From a virus (Duplodnaviria; Caudoviricetes), in the IMG/VR virus record IMGVR_UViG_3300022746_000020, positions 1 through 64,000 of that record: a DNA stretch of 64,000 nucleotides. One strand, given 5' to 3'. This document shows, piece after piece, positions 1 to 10,169 of the stretch. Below the pieces are notes generated by a model that made no database searches, was not told the DNA's origin, and saw only the letters and a list, made by a program, of their open reading frames with translations. How positions within the stretch are numbered: position 1 is the first letter of the stretch; the number at the start of each line of letters is the position of its first letter. A program made the translations under genes and the position numbers.

Positions 1-653
1 GAATCATCGATCCCTATTATGGATGGTATTTGTCTGGCGATCAATTCAACCAATACATCGTTAGTAAGTATGGGTCATTGACAGAAGCACAACTTAAAAC
101 ACATCACTACCAAGTCAATTGGGTAGGGGACGATACCAAGCTGACCATTTCAGCATATGAAGGACTACAGTGTGTAGCGCCAGTTAATCTAAAGCGTTAT
201 TGGAGTCCTGTTTTAAATGAATATGGTAGTGTTGTTTTTTATCAACGTGCTGCGCTCGATCTCATTGTAACTACTAATAGAATCATCCGTTTGGCTGTGC
301 CTACGTCGGCTGGATTTGAAGTTGGTGAATTGGTAAGTCAGCTGAGCGGCGATACTGTGATTGGCTATGCTGAAATTACAACACTGGATACTGAGAGTAT
401 CACGCTTAAAAACGTCAACGGTACATTTAATGCGGGGTTGCCGATTGTTGGGTTTAACACTAGCACACAAGCAACGCCGATTACTGTTACTGTGATGGTT
501 GAGAATATCCCCACAGTCGAGCAAACATATTGGCGCGCTGTGTCGTACTACGACTATGAAGAATTGCTAAATGAGCAGCGAAAGACTGTAAAGCTAATCG
601 ACAAGAGATATGCAGAACAAGCTCAGCTTAACTTGCAAAGTGTGATGAGCTAA
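1..653 (+). CDS. gp53: Baseplate wedge subunit gp53-like (5' truncated by window edge)
   Basis: Frame is open from position 3 (IIDPYYGWYLS..FNQYIVSKYGS..HHY). C-terminal VSYYDYEELLNEQRKTVKLI is typical of gp53. It lies upstream of the hub and gp5 genes. Confidence 0.85.
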   Translation, partial: IIDPYYGWYLSGDQFNQYIVSKYGSLTEAQLKTHHYQVNWVGDDTKLTISAYEGLQCVAPVNLKRYWSPVLNEYGSVVFYQRAALDLIVTTNRIIRLAVPTSAGFEVGELVSQLSGDTVIGYAEITTLDTESITLKNVNGTFNAGLPIVGFNTSTQATPITVTVMVENIPTVEQTYWRAVSYYDYEELLNEQRKTVKLIDKRYAEQAQLNLQSVMS

Positions 654-654
654 T

Positions 655-1971
655 ATGGCTGAACAAAACGTACTCGGGCGGGCGATTATTAAAGAAGCTG
701 TCATCTATAATGGTGACGGCGTTACACTATCTGTAACTGACAATTTGATATCTGTTCAGATATACGAGGACATCTACAACCCGTTCGTCAGTTGTGAAAT
801 GATGCTGATCGATTATGACAGCCTTGCAAAGAAGTTTCCATTGGTCGGTGAGGAGTTCTTCAGATTCTCATACCAAAGCATCGATGGCAAGACCGTCTCC
901 TATGAATTTTTCTTAGGTACAAAAGATACAGCAGGTATGACCGAAATGAACACTGCTAAAGGCTACGTGCTACGCGGTGTTACAAAAGAACGCGCATTTG
1001 ATACAGCAAAGACTGTGGCTCGGGCTTATACAGGAACATACGCAAGCATTGCCGGCCAGATCTTTGATGATTACATTCAGCTAGACTCTGATGGCAATGT
1101 ATTCAATTTTGAACCAAGTCGTGGCGTCGGCCGTTTCTTATCACCGCAACTGAGCCCACTTGCTGCTATCGACTTTTGCCGTGCAAGATCTGTCGCGACT
1201 GGTGAATCGCGTACACCGTTTACCTTCTTCCGTAGCTCGGAAGGATATTCGTTTACGTCGATTAGCGGTCTATTCAATAGACAAGGATCTTTGCCATCTG
1301 CAGGAATTACTCACACATATGCTGCTAGACAACTACCAGCTGAATATGATGAAAAACTTGCCAACGGCGTTAAGGTAGACATCGTCGATTTTGAAATTGT
1401 GTCGTTCTATGATACGACCGAAAAGATTGATTCGGGCGCATACAACGCTGACTGCTACTCATTCGACTTGACTACAAAGGCGTTCGTTCTCAATAAGAGA
1501 TTTAACTTAGTCGACGATGGCAACAAGTTCCAATTGGGTGGCCAAGGATATCTTAATAGAGCAAGTTTTGCTGAAACGTTTGCAAATACAAGATGTGTAG
1601 CGTACTACCTACCGAAAGATTGTTCGTGGGAAATGGATGGCCAGAACAGCACACAAAAAGATCTGTATTCTGAGTATGTCGGGGAAATGAAAGCATACAC
1701 AAATCTGCTAAGCGAGTATAACATCCAGTATACAATATATGGTGATTCGAACGTGACAGCAGGACAAGTTATGAAAGTCATGGTTCCGCAATCACGTGAG
1801 ATTGCGGCCAAGGGCGAAGGTAGAGGGATGGTTGATAAGATGTATTCCGGCACATTTTTGTGTGCTCGTGTAGTACATACATTCAGCTTTAATGAAAACG
1901 TAGATTATTATGTGCATATTAGCGCTGTCAACGGTGCGCGCAATCACAGTATTGAGGGTCTTAGAACATGA
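655..1971 (+). CDS. Baseplate hub / tail protein (gp27-like)
   Basis: 438 aa with IYEDIYNPFVSC..L.D..PLVGEE at the N-terminus and IYGDSNVTAGQV..DKMYSGTFLC..VVHTF at the C-terminus. Lies between gp53 and gp5. Confidence 0.65.
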   Translation: MAEQNVLGRAIIKEAVIYNGDGVTLSVTDNLISVQIYEDIYNPFVSCEMMLIDYDSLAKKFPLVGEEFFRFSYQSIDGKTVSYEFFLGTKDTAGMTEMNTAKGYVLRGVTKERAFDTAKTVARAYTGTYASIAGQIFDDYIQLDSDGNVFNFEPSRGVGRFLSPQLSPLAAIDFCRARSVATGESRTPFTFFRSSEGYSFTSISGLFNRQGSLPSAGITHTYAARQLPAEYDEKLANGVKVDIVDFEIVSFYDTTEKIDSGAYNADCYSFDLTTKAFVLNKRFNLVDDGNKFQLGGQGYLNRASFAETFANTRCVAYYLPKDCSWEMDGQNSTQKDLYSEYVGEMKAYTNLLSEYNIQYTIYGDSNVTAGQVMKVMVPQSREIAAKGEGRGMVDKMYSGTFLCARVVHTFSFNENVDYYVHISAVNGARNHSIEGLRT

Positions 1972-2852
1972 GTGAAATGGGTAAAATGGGGTTTACGTGG
2001 TGGTTCGGCATCGTTGAAGATGTTATGGATCCATTACAACTCGGCCGCGTCAAGGTGCGCGTGTATCATTTTTATTCGATGAACAGCAGCACATTACCTA
2101 CTGATGACCTGCCATGGGCTCATGTGGTAATGCCAACAACAAGTGCAAGCTATCAAGGCAAGGGATGGAGCCCAACATTTATCAGACCCGACAGTACTGT
2201 GTTTGGGTTCTTCGTTGATGGCCCACAAGGACAAATGCCAATTGTTCTGGGAACGTATCCTGGCATTCCGCAGCCTGATCCAGACTTCACCGATACAGAT
2301 AACTTTACATCTGATATGCATGACGTCAGTCAGCTTGCAAGAGGCGTCAATAAGCTAGCATCTGCTAAGGCAGAAGTCAGAGCAGGTGAAGATAATCCAA
2401 TGGAGCCGCCTCCTACAGCAACATTTGCTGCCCAGTATCCATACAACAAAGTATTTGAGTCTGAACGCGGGCATGCAATCGAAGTAGACGATACACCTGG
2501 TGCTGAACGTATCCATGTATACCACAATGGTGGCTCATATATGGAGATGAGCAACGGAATGACTGTCGATAAGACAAATGGCATTCGCGTCAACACAGCT
2601 ACCGTCGGCCACTACACAAAAAGCAACGGCGATATGTACGTTGTTGCTGACGGAGCTCTTACGATATACGCAAAGGGCGCTATTACGATGGCATCGGATA
2701 AGCAAATATCGATGTCTGCCCCGCTGATAAATATAAACGGAACTGCTGCTGTTAATATTAATACAGCTGGTATGTTGTCTATGTCTGGTTCTACCACAAT
2801 GGTCTCGGGTATCTTGGGCCTATGGTTGAATCCTGGAAGTACAGTAGCATAA
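1968..2852 (+). CDS. gp5: Baseplate central spike gp5 (OB-fold + beta-helix, no lysozyme domain)
   Basis: WWFGIVEDVMDPLQLGRVKVRV..LPWA..VFGFFVDG..QMPIVLG; YPYNKVFESERGHAIEVDDTPGAERIHVYH. Confidence 0.92.
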   Translation: MSEMGKMGFTWWFGIVEDVMDPLQLGRVKVRVYHFYSMNSSTLPTDDLPWAHVVMPTTSASYQGKGWSPTFIRPDSTVFGFFVDGPQGQMPIVLGTYPGIPQPDPDFTDTDNFTSDMHDVSQLARGVNKLASAKAEVRAGEDNPMEPPPTATFAAQYPYNKVFESERGHAIEVDDTPGAERIHVYHNGGSYMEMSNGMTVDKTNGIRVNTATVGHYTKSNGDMYVVADGALTIYAKGAITMASDKQISMSAPLININGTAAVNINTAGMLSMSGSTTMVSGILGLWLNPGSTVA

Positions 2853-2862
2853 GAGGAGTTGT

Positions 2863-3150
2863 ATGCCAAAGTTAGTTGGAAGAGTAGGAGCCCCTACTGA
2901 TACTGTCGGTGGTGTACCTTTGATGACGCCACTATATCCTACCGTCACGGTAGGAGGACTTCCAATAGCAGTTGTCGGTACTCCTGTTACACCACATGGA
3001 TCAGGACCACATGCAGCATCAAAGATGGCAGTTGGTAATCCTTTGGTATGGGTAGGTGCAGCAAAAACTCCAGTTTGTGGAACTGGAGACACAGCAACAT
3101 GCGTACATCCCTTGATTGTTGGGCCTGACGCAAAAGTATTCATAGGCTAA
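2863..3150 (+). CDS. PAAR-family spike tip protein (gp5.4-like)
   Basis: 95 aa with V.VGGLPIAVVG..VTPH..H and GDTATCVH Zn-ligand pattern; directly after gp5. Confidence 0.85.
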   Translation: MPKLVGRVGAPTDTVGGVPLMTPLYPTVTVGGLPIAVVGTPVTPHGSGPHAASKMAVGNPLVWVGAAKTPVCGTGDTATCVHPLIVGPDAKVFIG

Positions 3151-3151
3151 C

Positions 3152-3580
3152 ATGGCAAATATTTCGATAGCAGATAAATTTACATCTACAGATGTTAAGA
3201 CGGAGTTGTTTAGCGACTTTGGCGTCGACCTCCAGCTGCATCCCGGTAAACGTGACATCGTCCGCGTGACTAATGAGAATGCTGTTAAGCGCTCGATTGT
3301 CAACCTGCTTTTGACGGACTATCACGAACGCTTCCACCAACCATATTTGGGTGCTAATATTAAGCATCTATTATTCGAACCAGCAACTGAAGACACACTT
3401 TCTATGCTGAGACACAGAATCCTTACATGCATCAGCAAGTTTGAGCCTCGCGCGAACGTAATATCGTTGCGTGTTACTACAACTGCTGATGAGCATCAAA
3501 TACAAGTCAACTTAGTGTTCAGTCTCGTTAACACATCAACGCCTGTAGCACTCAACCTCCTTCTTAATAGAGTACGATAA
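3152..3580 (+). CDS. gp25: Baseplate wedge subunit gp25
   Basis: NENAVKRSIVNLLLT...ERFHQPYLGANI..LLFE...I.KFEPR. Confidence 0.92.
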   Translation: MANISIADKFTSTDVKTELFSDFGVDLQLHPGKRDIVRVTNENAVKRSIVNLLLTDYHERFHQPYLGANIKHLLFEPATEDTLSMLRHRILTCISKFEPRANVISLRVTTTADEHQIQVNLVFSLVNTSTPVALNLLLNRVR

Positions 3581-5379
3581 TGGCCAACGGTTCAATTAAT
3601 CTAGTCAACCTCGACTTTGATACGCTAAAGTCTTCATTCAAGTCATACCTCAGTTCGCAAACTGCGTTCAAGGACTTCAACCTCGAGGGTTCGAACCTTA
3701 ATGTCCTGCTTGATGTGATGGCGTATAACACATACATTAACTCTTTCTATCTTAACATGGTAGCAAGTGAGATGTTCTTGGATACAGCTCAACTCAGAGC
3801 TAGTGTAATATCACATGCCAAGGAACTGAACTACGTTCCACGCTCATTCCGTTCAGCAAAAGCGATCATCGATATTGCTATCGCGCCGACAAACCCAAAT
3901 GGAATTACTACAGTTACAATTCCACGTGGGACATCGTTTACAAGTAAGGTTGGTGCAAACACTTACACATTCACGATGCCAGATAATTTGCTGGTTACGA
4001 GTTCTTCAAATGGTGTGTTTACAGCCAGCAACGTTGCAATCTATGAAGGTTCGTTAGTAACTGACACGTTTGTTTTCAATGCAGCTTCAGAAAGCCAACG
4101 CTTCATTCTATCCAACCCTACAATCGACACAACAAGTCTGCGCGTGTATGTCACTGAAGATAACAGCAGTACTACACTCACTTACCAACAGGCTTCATCG
4201 TTCCTAGGTATTGACGGAAACTCTCAAGTATTCTTCGTACAAGCGGCAGAGAATGATTTGTATGAGTTGGTGTTCGGTAACGGTACGCAAGGCCGCTTGC
4301 CAAAGCATGGTGCTGTCATTTCAGCTGTATATCAGGTGGGTAATGGTGAGCTACCTAATGGATGTAGCGTATTTGCTAGCGATGATGCCATCGATGGCCA
4401 CACAAATGTCCGCGTTACTACCGTCCAGGATGCAATTGGCGGGGCCGTCCACGAGACAACACAATTGATCCGTAAGAATGCTCCTCGTTTCTTCCAAACA
4501 CAAGAGCGCGCAGTAACAGCATCAGACTACCGTACACTTCTTCAATTGAACTATCCAGAGATTACATCGATCTATGTTTTCGGTGGCGAAGAAGCTGATC
4601 CTCCACGCTATGGCAAGGTTATGATCTCTACAGACATCGCTGGGTCTGATGGCGTGTCTGATTCCAAAAAGGAAGAATATAGAAAATTCTTGAAGACAAG
4701 ATGTCCGCTTACTATCGACCCAATCTTCATTGATCCAGAGTTCTTAAACGTCGAGGTGTATACATCGGTAACATATGACATCGATACGACAACTTCTTCT
4801 GAAGCTGAGCTGATTTCGGCCATCGCTACAAAGGTTCGTATCTTTAATGAGCAGAACTTAAACGATTTTGGTACTGTATGTCGCTACTCTAAGCTCGTCA
4901 AGGCAATCGATGACACGACTACCAGCATAATTGGCAATAGTACAGAAGTTGTCGCATACAAGGAGTTGAATCCTGCTCTCAATTCAACAGAGCCATTCAC
5001 CGTACACTTCCGCAACCCGCTGAAGATTCTCAATAGCGCTTATATCCATCCGTATGTTGATAATCACTCTATAACATCGACGTTCTTTACATATGGTGGC
5101 GCTCAATGTAAAGTAGAAGATGATGGTTTTGGTGTCATCAGAATTGTTACAGTTGCTGACGAAGGCGCAGACCATGCTGTAGTAGTCAATGTAGGAACTG
5201 TAGACTATACAACAGGAACAGTTGTATTTGATGCTGGTTTGAATATTACAGCATATGAAGGAAGCGCTATCCGCCTTCGTGCTGTTACAGACAGCAAGGA
5301 TATTGCAGCTACTCAGAACGACATCATCAGAATCAAAGATGATGACATCTACGTTACAGTTATCGGCGAGCGCGGCTAA
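3580..5379 (+). CDS. gp6: Baseplate wedge subunit gp6
   Basis: LDFDTLK..FKDFNLEGSNLNVLLDVMAYNTY..EMFLDTAQLRASVISHAKELNYVPRS; QERAVTASDY; PPRYGKV. Confidence 0.95.
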   Translation: MANGSINLVNLDFDTLKSSFKSYLSSQTAFKDFNLEGSNLNVLLDVMAYNTYINSFYLNMVASEMFLDTAQLRASVISHAKELNYVPRSFRSAKAIIDIAIAPTNPNGITTVTIPRGTSFTSKVGANTYTFTMPDNLLVTSSSNGVFTASNVAIYEGSLVTDTFVFNAASESQRFILSNPTIDTTSLRVYVTEDNSSTTLTYQQASSFLGIDGNSQVFFVQAAENDLYELVFGNGTQGRLPKHGAVISAVYQVGNGELPNGCSVFASDDAIDGHTNVRVTTVQDAIGGAVHETTQLIRKNAPRFFQTQERAVTASDYRTLLQLNYPEITSIYVFGGEEADPPRYGKVMISTDIAGSDGVSDSKKEEYRKFLKTRCPLTIDPIFIDPEFLNVEVYTSVTYDIDTTTSSEAELISAIATKVRIFNEQNLNDFGTVCRYSKLVKAIDDTTTSIIGNSTEVVAYKELNPALNSTEPFTVHFRNPLKILNSAYIHPYVDNHSITSTFFTYGGAQCKVEDDGFGVIRIVTVADEGADHAVVVNVGTVDYTTGTVVFDAGLNITAYEGSAIRLRAVTDSKDIAATQNDIIRIKDDDIYVTVIGERG

Positions 5380-8300
5380 TGAATATATTACTACACGATA
5401 AAATATCTCCTCTCATTGAGTCACAATTTCCTTCTTTCTATAGGGAAGAAGGGCCTCATTTTGTAGCTTTCGTCAAAGCGTATTATGAGTGGCTTGAGCA
5501 AACAGGCAATCCACTCTTTCACTCTCGCAACCTGCTACAGTATAGAGATATTGATAGCACGTTGGATGAATTCATTCCTCATTTCGCCGACAAGTATTTG
5601 GCTGGAGCGAGAAATGTAACCATCGGCGAGCAGCGCAATTTAATCAAACACTCACACGACCTATACCAGACAAAAGGTACGATTGAATCGCTGGAGCTGG
5701 TGTTTCGCATGCTGTTCAATGAGAACGTCGACGTATACTATCCTGGGGATGATATCCTAAGAACGTCGGATGGTGTATGGATCGTTCCAAAGTACATTGA
5801 GCTTTCTGTAAGCGATAAAGCAGTCCAGTTTGTGGGCCATGATATTAGAGGAAACTTGTCTGGCGCAAAGGCGTTCGTCGAGCGCGTCGATCGCAAAACA
5901 TACGACGGCAAAATCGTAGACGTGGCATACCTCTCGAACGTGCAACCCAACCAAGATACGGGTCAATCGTTCCTCTATGGTGAGTATGTTTCTATAGACG
6001 GCATCATTAAGGATGCTCCGCAAGTAGTCGGATCGCTCACACGTGTCAATATTACATCGTCTGGTAGCGGGTTCGTCGAAGGAGAGACTGTCGATATTAT
6101 TTCTAGTCGCCGTGGGCATCGCGGAAAGGCTCGTGTTACGTCTGTTGGCAACAGAACGGGCGAAGTTAACTATCGTCTTATTGATGGCGGGTATGGATAT
6201 ACGCTTAATGCTAACATCTATGGGACGAGCCAAAAGGTGTACGTATCAGCGAACGTACTATCATTGACGTCCTTCTCTAGCAGTAATTCATTTGTTACTG
6301 GCTTTCCGGAATTTACTACTATCGTTCAACCATTAACGAACGTATCATTTAGCACAGCAAATACCACCTTTGCTGCGGGTGATCTGATTTACGGAACAAC
6401 AAACACAACATCGAATGTGCTCGCAACCGGATTTGTGTTGTCTGTATCACAGGCAGCTGGTTCTGGTACACTGTTAATTTCACCACACACCACGTCCACG
6501 GCAAACATCGATAGCGTGCAGTTTGCAAATACTGTTACAGGGTCGTTTGTAATTGGCGAAGATGTATACCAATCCAATAGCAGCGGTAATGCAGCAGTTG
6601 GAACCATCATCCAAGCAAACTCATCGTATGTTGTAATCGACCATCGTTATGGTCCCTTTACATCAGGCCAGTTGATACTAGGAAGTAGCTCTGGTGCAAT
6701 TGCTAACGTCGTATCGGTAACAACGAGATCTTTCAATAACACCAACTTCTCTAATACAAATATCACAAAACTTGTGATTGGCGAAACTAATAATGGTGCT
6801 TCTAAAACAGGATCTGTTGATATATCCGCATCAGCCAACGTCGTAGGATCGAATACAGGTGCCGTAGGTGTATTCCAAATCACCAATGATTTCAAGGGTG
6901 GATCTTATGCAAGAGTGTACTCGCCATACAACGGCGCCGTTGCCGATGTTACTGTAACATCGAGTGGATATCCAGGCCAATTTAAGATCGGTGCTATCGG
7001 AAATACAGAAGTTGTATACTTGGGCTCAGACTTACTGAGCGCAAACGCAGCTCCTAATACAACATTCTTGTCGTTACCATTAAATTCAAGTACATATGGG
7101 TTTGCTGCTAATACGTCTGCCAACTTATCATCTGTACTTGCATCTGCTTTCAGTAAGAATGCATATACAATCGGATCTGTACTGACGTTGACTGAACGTA
7201 ACCCAGGTTTCGATAACACCGCCAAGCCGTTCGTCGTTGAAATCGAACAGATTGTTGCGTCTTATGGTAAGAGAAGTCGATTGACACTAGGTGTCGTTGA
7301 TAAGGTTGGTATTTTCGCAATCGGCGAGCAAGTAACACAAAGTATCAGCACACCACTCGCTAACGTCGCTGTTAGTAATGTAAGTGGGACGTTCGACTTT
7401 TCTGTTCGTGAAACTATCAAGCAAGTGCGTGCCGATGGTCACACAATCTTTGGCGATTTGTACACAACGTCTGTAATAGGCAATGCTGGAACGATTCGTG
7501 TATTCGTCGCAAATACAGCAAACACATTCGATTCATCCAACACAATCGTTGGTCTAGTTTCCGGCGCAACTGCTAACGTAACGTCGGTTGGCATTACAAA
7601 TACCAATATCATAACAACAGGTATAGTTGTAGGCACTTCGAATAATCAGGTAGACGTGCAACGGACGACGTTTAAGGACTTTGTGCGTGGGACGATGATC
7701 TATGGTGCTGAATCCGGCGCAACTGCTAACGTCGTTACTATTCAGGAAGACTCATCGTCAGGCGTGATTGGCAACAACGTTAACGTAGATGCTGAAGCAG
7801 GCATTTCTGACGGCCGTATTAACACACTCGAAGTCCTCGACTCTGGCTTCCTCTATGAGGAAGGTGAAACTGTTGATATCTCCGCTCCTGGTAACCAGAT
7901 CATGGCTGCTGGTGTTGCTAGAGTAGAAACGCATGGTTCATCGCAAGGATATTGGAGAGGCGATAGAGGCACACTCGATAGTACAAAAAGAATTCAAGAT
8001 AATGAATATTATCAAGAATACTCATATGAGATTCAAACTGGACTTAGCCGTGAAAAGTATGAAAGTGTCGTTAAGAGCCTTACTCACGTCGTCGGCACTA
8101 AGATGTTCAATAAGTTCGTTGGCATTACACTATCGAGTAAACCTGTAGCTGCAGCAAACGCAACGTATAGCAGAATCAATACATTGACGTTGACAGGCGT
8201 AACAGGCACGTACGTTGCTAACGAGATAGTCAGTCAAGCGGGACAAGCTACAGGGCGAGTCAAATCGTTTAATGGTGCACTAAATACCCTACAGCTCGTC

Positions 8301-8396
8301 GACGTAGAAGGTCAGTTTACTGCTTCTGGTAGCGTCGTAGGAGCCAACTCATCAGCTACTGGTACAATCAGCAGCACAAACATTTTGTTTATATAA
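5379..8396 (+). CDS. gp7: Baseplate wedge subunit gp7-like
   Basis: IESQFPSFYREEGPHFVAFVKAYYEWLE; YQTKGT..S..L.FR.LF; IQDNEYYQEYSYEI..V..LTHVVGTKMF; position between gp6 and gp8. Confidence 0.85.
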   Translation: MNILLHDKISPLIESQFPSFYREEGPHFVAFVKAYYEWLEQTGNPLFHSRNLLQYRDIDSTLDEFIPHFADKYLAGARNVTIGEQRNLIKHSHDLYQTKGTIESLELVFRMLFNENVDVYYPGDDILRTSDGVWIVPKYIELSVSDKAVQFVGHDIRGNLSGAKAFVERVDRKTYDGKIVDVAYLSNVQPNQDTGQSFLYGEYVSIDGIIKDAPQVVGSLTRVNITSSGSGFVEGETVDIISSRRGHRGKARVTSVGNRTGEVNYRLIDGGYGYTLNANIYGTSQKVYVSANVLSLTSFSSSNSFVTGFPEFTTIVQPLTNVSFSTANTTFAAGDLIYGTTNTTSNVLATGFVLSVSQAAGSGTLLISPHTTSTANIDSVQFANTVTGSFVIGEDVYQSNSSGNAAVGTIIQANSSYVVIDHRYGPFTSGQLILGSSSGAIANVVSVTTRSFNNTNFSNTNITKLVIGETNNGASKTGSVDISASANVVGSNTGAVGVFQITNDFKGGSYARVYSPYNGAVADVTVTSSGYPGQFKIGAIGNTEVVYLGSDLLSANAAPNTTFLSLPLNSSTYGFAANTSANLSSVLASAFSKNAYTIGSVLTLTERNPGFDNTAKPFVVEIEQIVASYGKRSRLTLGVVDKVGIFAIGEQVTQSISTPLANVAVSNVSGTFDFSVRETIKQVRADGHTIFGDLYTTSVIGNAGTIRVFVANTANTFDSSNTIVGLVSGATANVTSVGITNTNIITTGIVVGTSNNQVDVQRTTFKDFVRGTMIYGAESGATANVVTIQEDSSSGVIGNNVNVDAEAGISDGRINTLEVLDSGFLYEEGETVDISAPGNQIMAAGVARVETHGSSQGYWRGDRGTLDSTKRIQDNEYYQEYSYEIQTGLSREKYESVVKSLTHVVGTKMFNKFVGITLSSKPVAAANATYSRINTLTLTGVTGTYVANEIVSQAGQATGRVKSFNGALNTLQLVDVEGQFTASGSVVGANSSATGTISSTNILFI

Positions 8397-8397
8397 C

Positions 8398-10158
8398 ATG
8401 GCAAAAATATTCACCACTAAATTTAGAACTGCGATGGTTGGCAGAATCATCACATCTAATCCGATCTTTTATATGTTCCTTGGTAAGTCGCAGCCATTTG
8501 CTGACGACCAAAATCCTCCTGAGCCTCTCGATCGGGTGTCGGAAATGTACACAGGTGCATATGATTCTATGATCGTTGCGAAATCGATTGCAACGACTGA
8601 TATGTCGCCTATGATTCCACGAAACGACTGGCAATCGGGCGTTGGATATAAAGCGTATAGGCACGATTCAGGTAGTTTGTATGGTAATACATTCTACGTA
8701 TCTGTAGACTCAGGAAGTGGACATGATGTATTTAAGTGTTTGAGTAACAACAGCACAGTGTCGACTGTCGCTCCCGATGCTACATCTACATCACCTGCTG
8801 ATGATATTTACGAAACTTCTGATGGATATCAATGGAAGTATATGTACACTATTCCAAATGCTACGTTTGCAAAATTCGCTTCTGACGACTTTATTCCAGT
8901 ATTTGCAAATGCAGCAGTCGTCGGCAATGCAGTATCCGGCGCCATCGACTATGCACAAGTGACGTATGGTGGTTCAAACTACGATGCATTTACAAGCGGT
9001 ACAATTCAAGCTACATCTGTCGGCGGTAATGCGTTGGTGTATGTAATTGAGTCGTCTGCTTCATCGAATGCCAACTTCTACAACGGATCAGCAATTAAAA
9101 TTACAACCGGCACTGGTGCTGGCCAGCAAAGAACTGTCACTGGTTATACTGTATCGGGAGCTACACGTACGGTCGTCCTCGATCAGCCATTTGATCTGAC
9201 ACCATCAACGTCATCGACGTATGAAATTACTCCAAACGTAATCGTCGTCGGAAATGGCAGCGACTTCCAAGCTCGTGCCCTAGTAAATTCAGCAGCATCT
9301 AATTCGGTATACAAAATCGAGATTACGAAACGCGGAAGCGGTTACACAACAGCATCTTTATACTTCTCCGGTAACACAGGCGGCGTAAGTAATACCGCTA
9401 CAGCAGAAGCGATCATTGGCCCGAAAGGCGGCCATGGGTATGACCCTGTTAATGAGCTCGGCGGTAGATATTTGTGTATCACCACGACATTCAATAGCGC
9501 TGACATTGAAGCCAATAACAAAGTGTTGGATACAAATGAATTCCGTTCGATTGGTATTTTGTCCAACCCGATGATGGCCAACATCCAATTGTCGTATACT
9601 AGTGCAACTGGGTCGTTTATTGTCGGTGAGACAATAACTCAACCGACAACGAATGCTACCGGTAAGGTCGTAACGCTATCTGCCAACACATTGACTCTTA
9701 CCAACGTAACCCGCCATTTCCGTACTGGTAACTCTAGTGTGAATTACATTGTCGGTGGCAGCTCTACTACAACAGCTGAAGTTTTGGCAGTCCGCAATAA
9801 CGGAAGCGCAAACTTAGTTGCTAACGTCAGCTATGCATGCCAACTTACAAAATTGAACATCTCATCACTTTCAGGTTCATTCGTTGCGAATGAAACAGTA
9901 ACATTGACTGGCAATACAGCAACATCGAACGCAATTGTATACTTTGCAAACACATCACAAGTATGGCTGACACAATTGCAAGGTAATATAGGAACAGACA
10001 TTTCGAGCCCAGTAACTGGCTCATCAGCACCGATTGATAGTGTGATACCTGCAGATATTATTTACGGATCCGGCGATATTATGTACATGGAGAATTTTTC
10101 GCCGATAAATAAAGCATCAGGTCAAACAGAATCAATCAAAGCTATTATAGAATTCTAA
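8398..10158 (+). CDS. gp8: Baseplate wedge subunit gp8
   Basis: IPRNDWQSG..Y; VFKCLSNN; DGYQWKYMYTI; GPKGGHGYDPVNELG; FRSIGILSNP; C-terminal SGDIMYMENFSPI....QTESIKAIIEF. Confidence 0.9.
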   Translation: MAKIFTTKFRTAMVGRIITSNPIFYMFLGKSQPFADDQNPPEPLDRVSEMYTGAYDSMIVAKSIATTDMSPMIPRNDWQSGVGYKAYRHDSGSLYGNTFYVSVDSGSGHDVFKCLSNNSTVSTVAPDATSTSPADDIYETSDGYQWKYMYTIPNATFAKFASDDFIPVFANAAVVGNAVSGAIDYAQVTYGGSNYDAFTSGTIQATSVGGNALVYVIESSASSNANFYNGSAIKITTGTGAGQQRTVTGYTVSGATRTVVLDQPFDLTPSTSSTYEITPNVIVVGNGSDFQARALVNSAASNSVYKIEITKRGSGYTTASLYFSGNTGGVSNTATAEAIIGPKGGHGYDPVNELGGRYLCITTTFNSADIEANNKVLDTNEFRSIGILSNPMMANIQLSYTSATGSFIVGETITQPTTNATGKVVTLSANTLTLTNVTRHFRTGNSSVNYIVGGSSTTTAEVLAVRNNGSANLVANVSYACQLTKLNISSLSGSFVANETVTLTGNTATSNAIVYFANTSQVWLTQLQGNIGTDISSPVTGSSAPIDSVIPADIIYGSGDIMYMENFSPINKASGQTESIKAIIEF

Positions 10159-10169
10159 GGAAAAGCTAA

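Noticed and set aside
1-10158. Type VI secretion system or extracellular contractile injection system (VgrG/PAAR/gp25-like genes)
   Set aside because: T4-type gene order, gp13 neck gene, late promoters and a Seg-like endonuclease indicate a T4-like phage.
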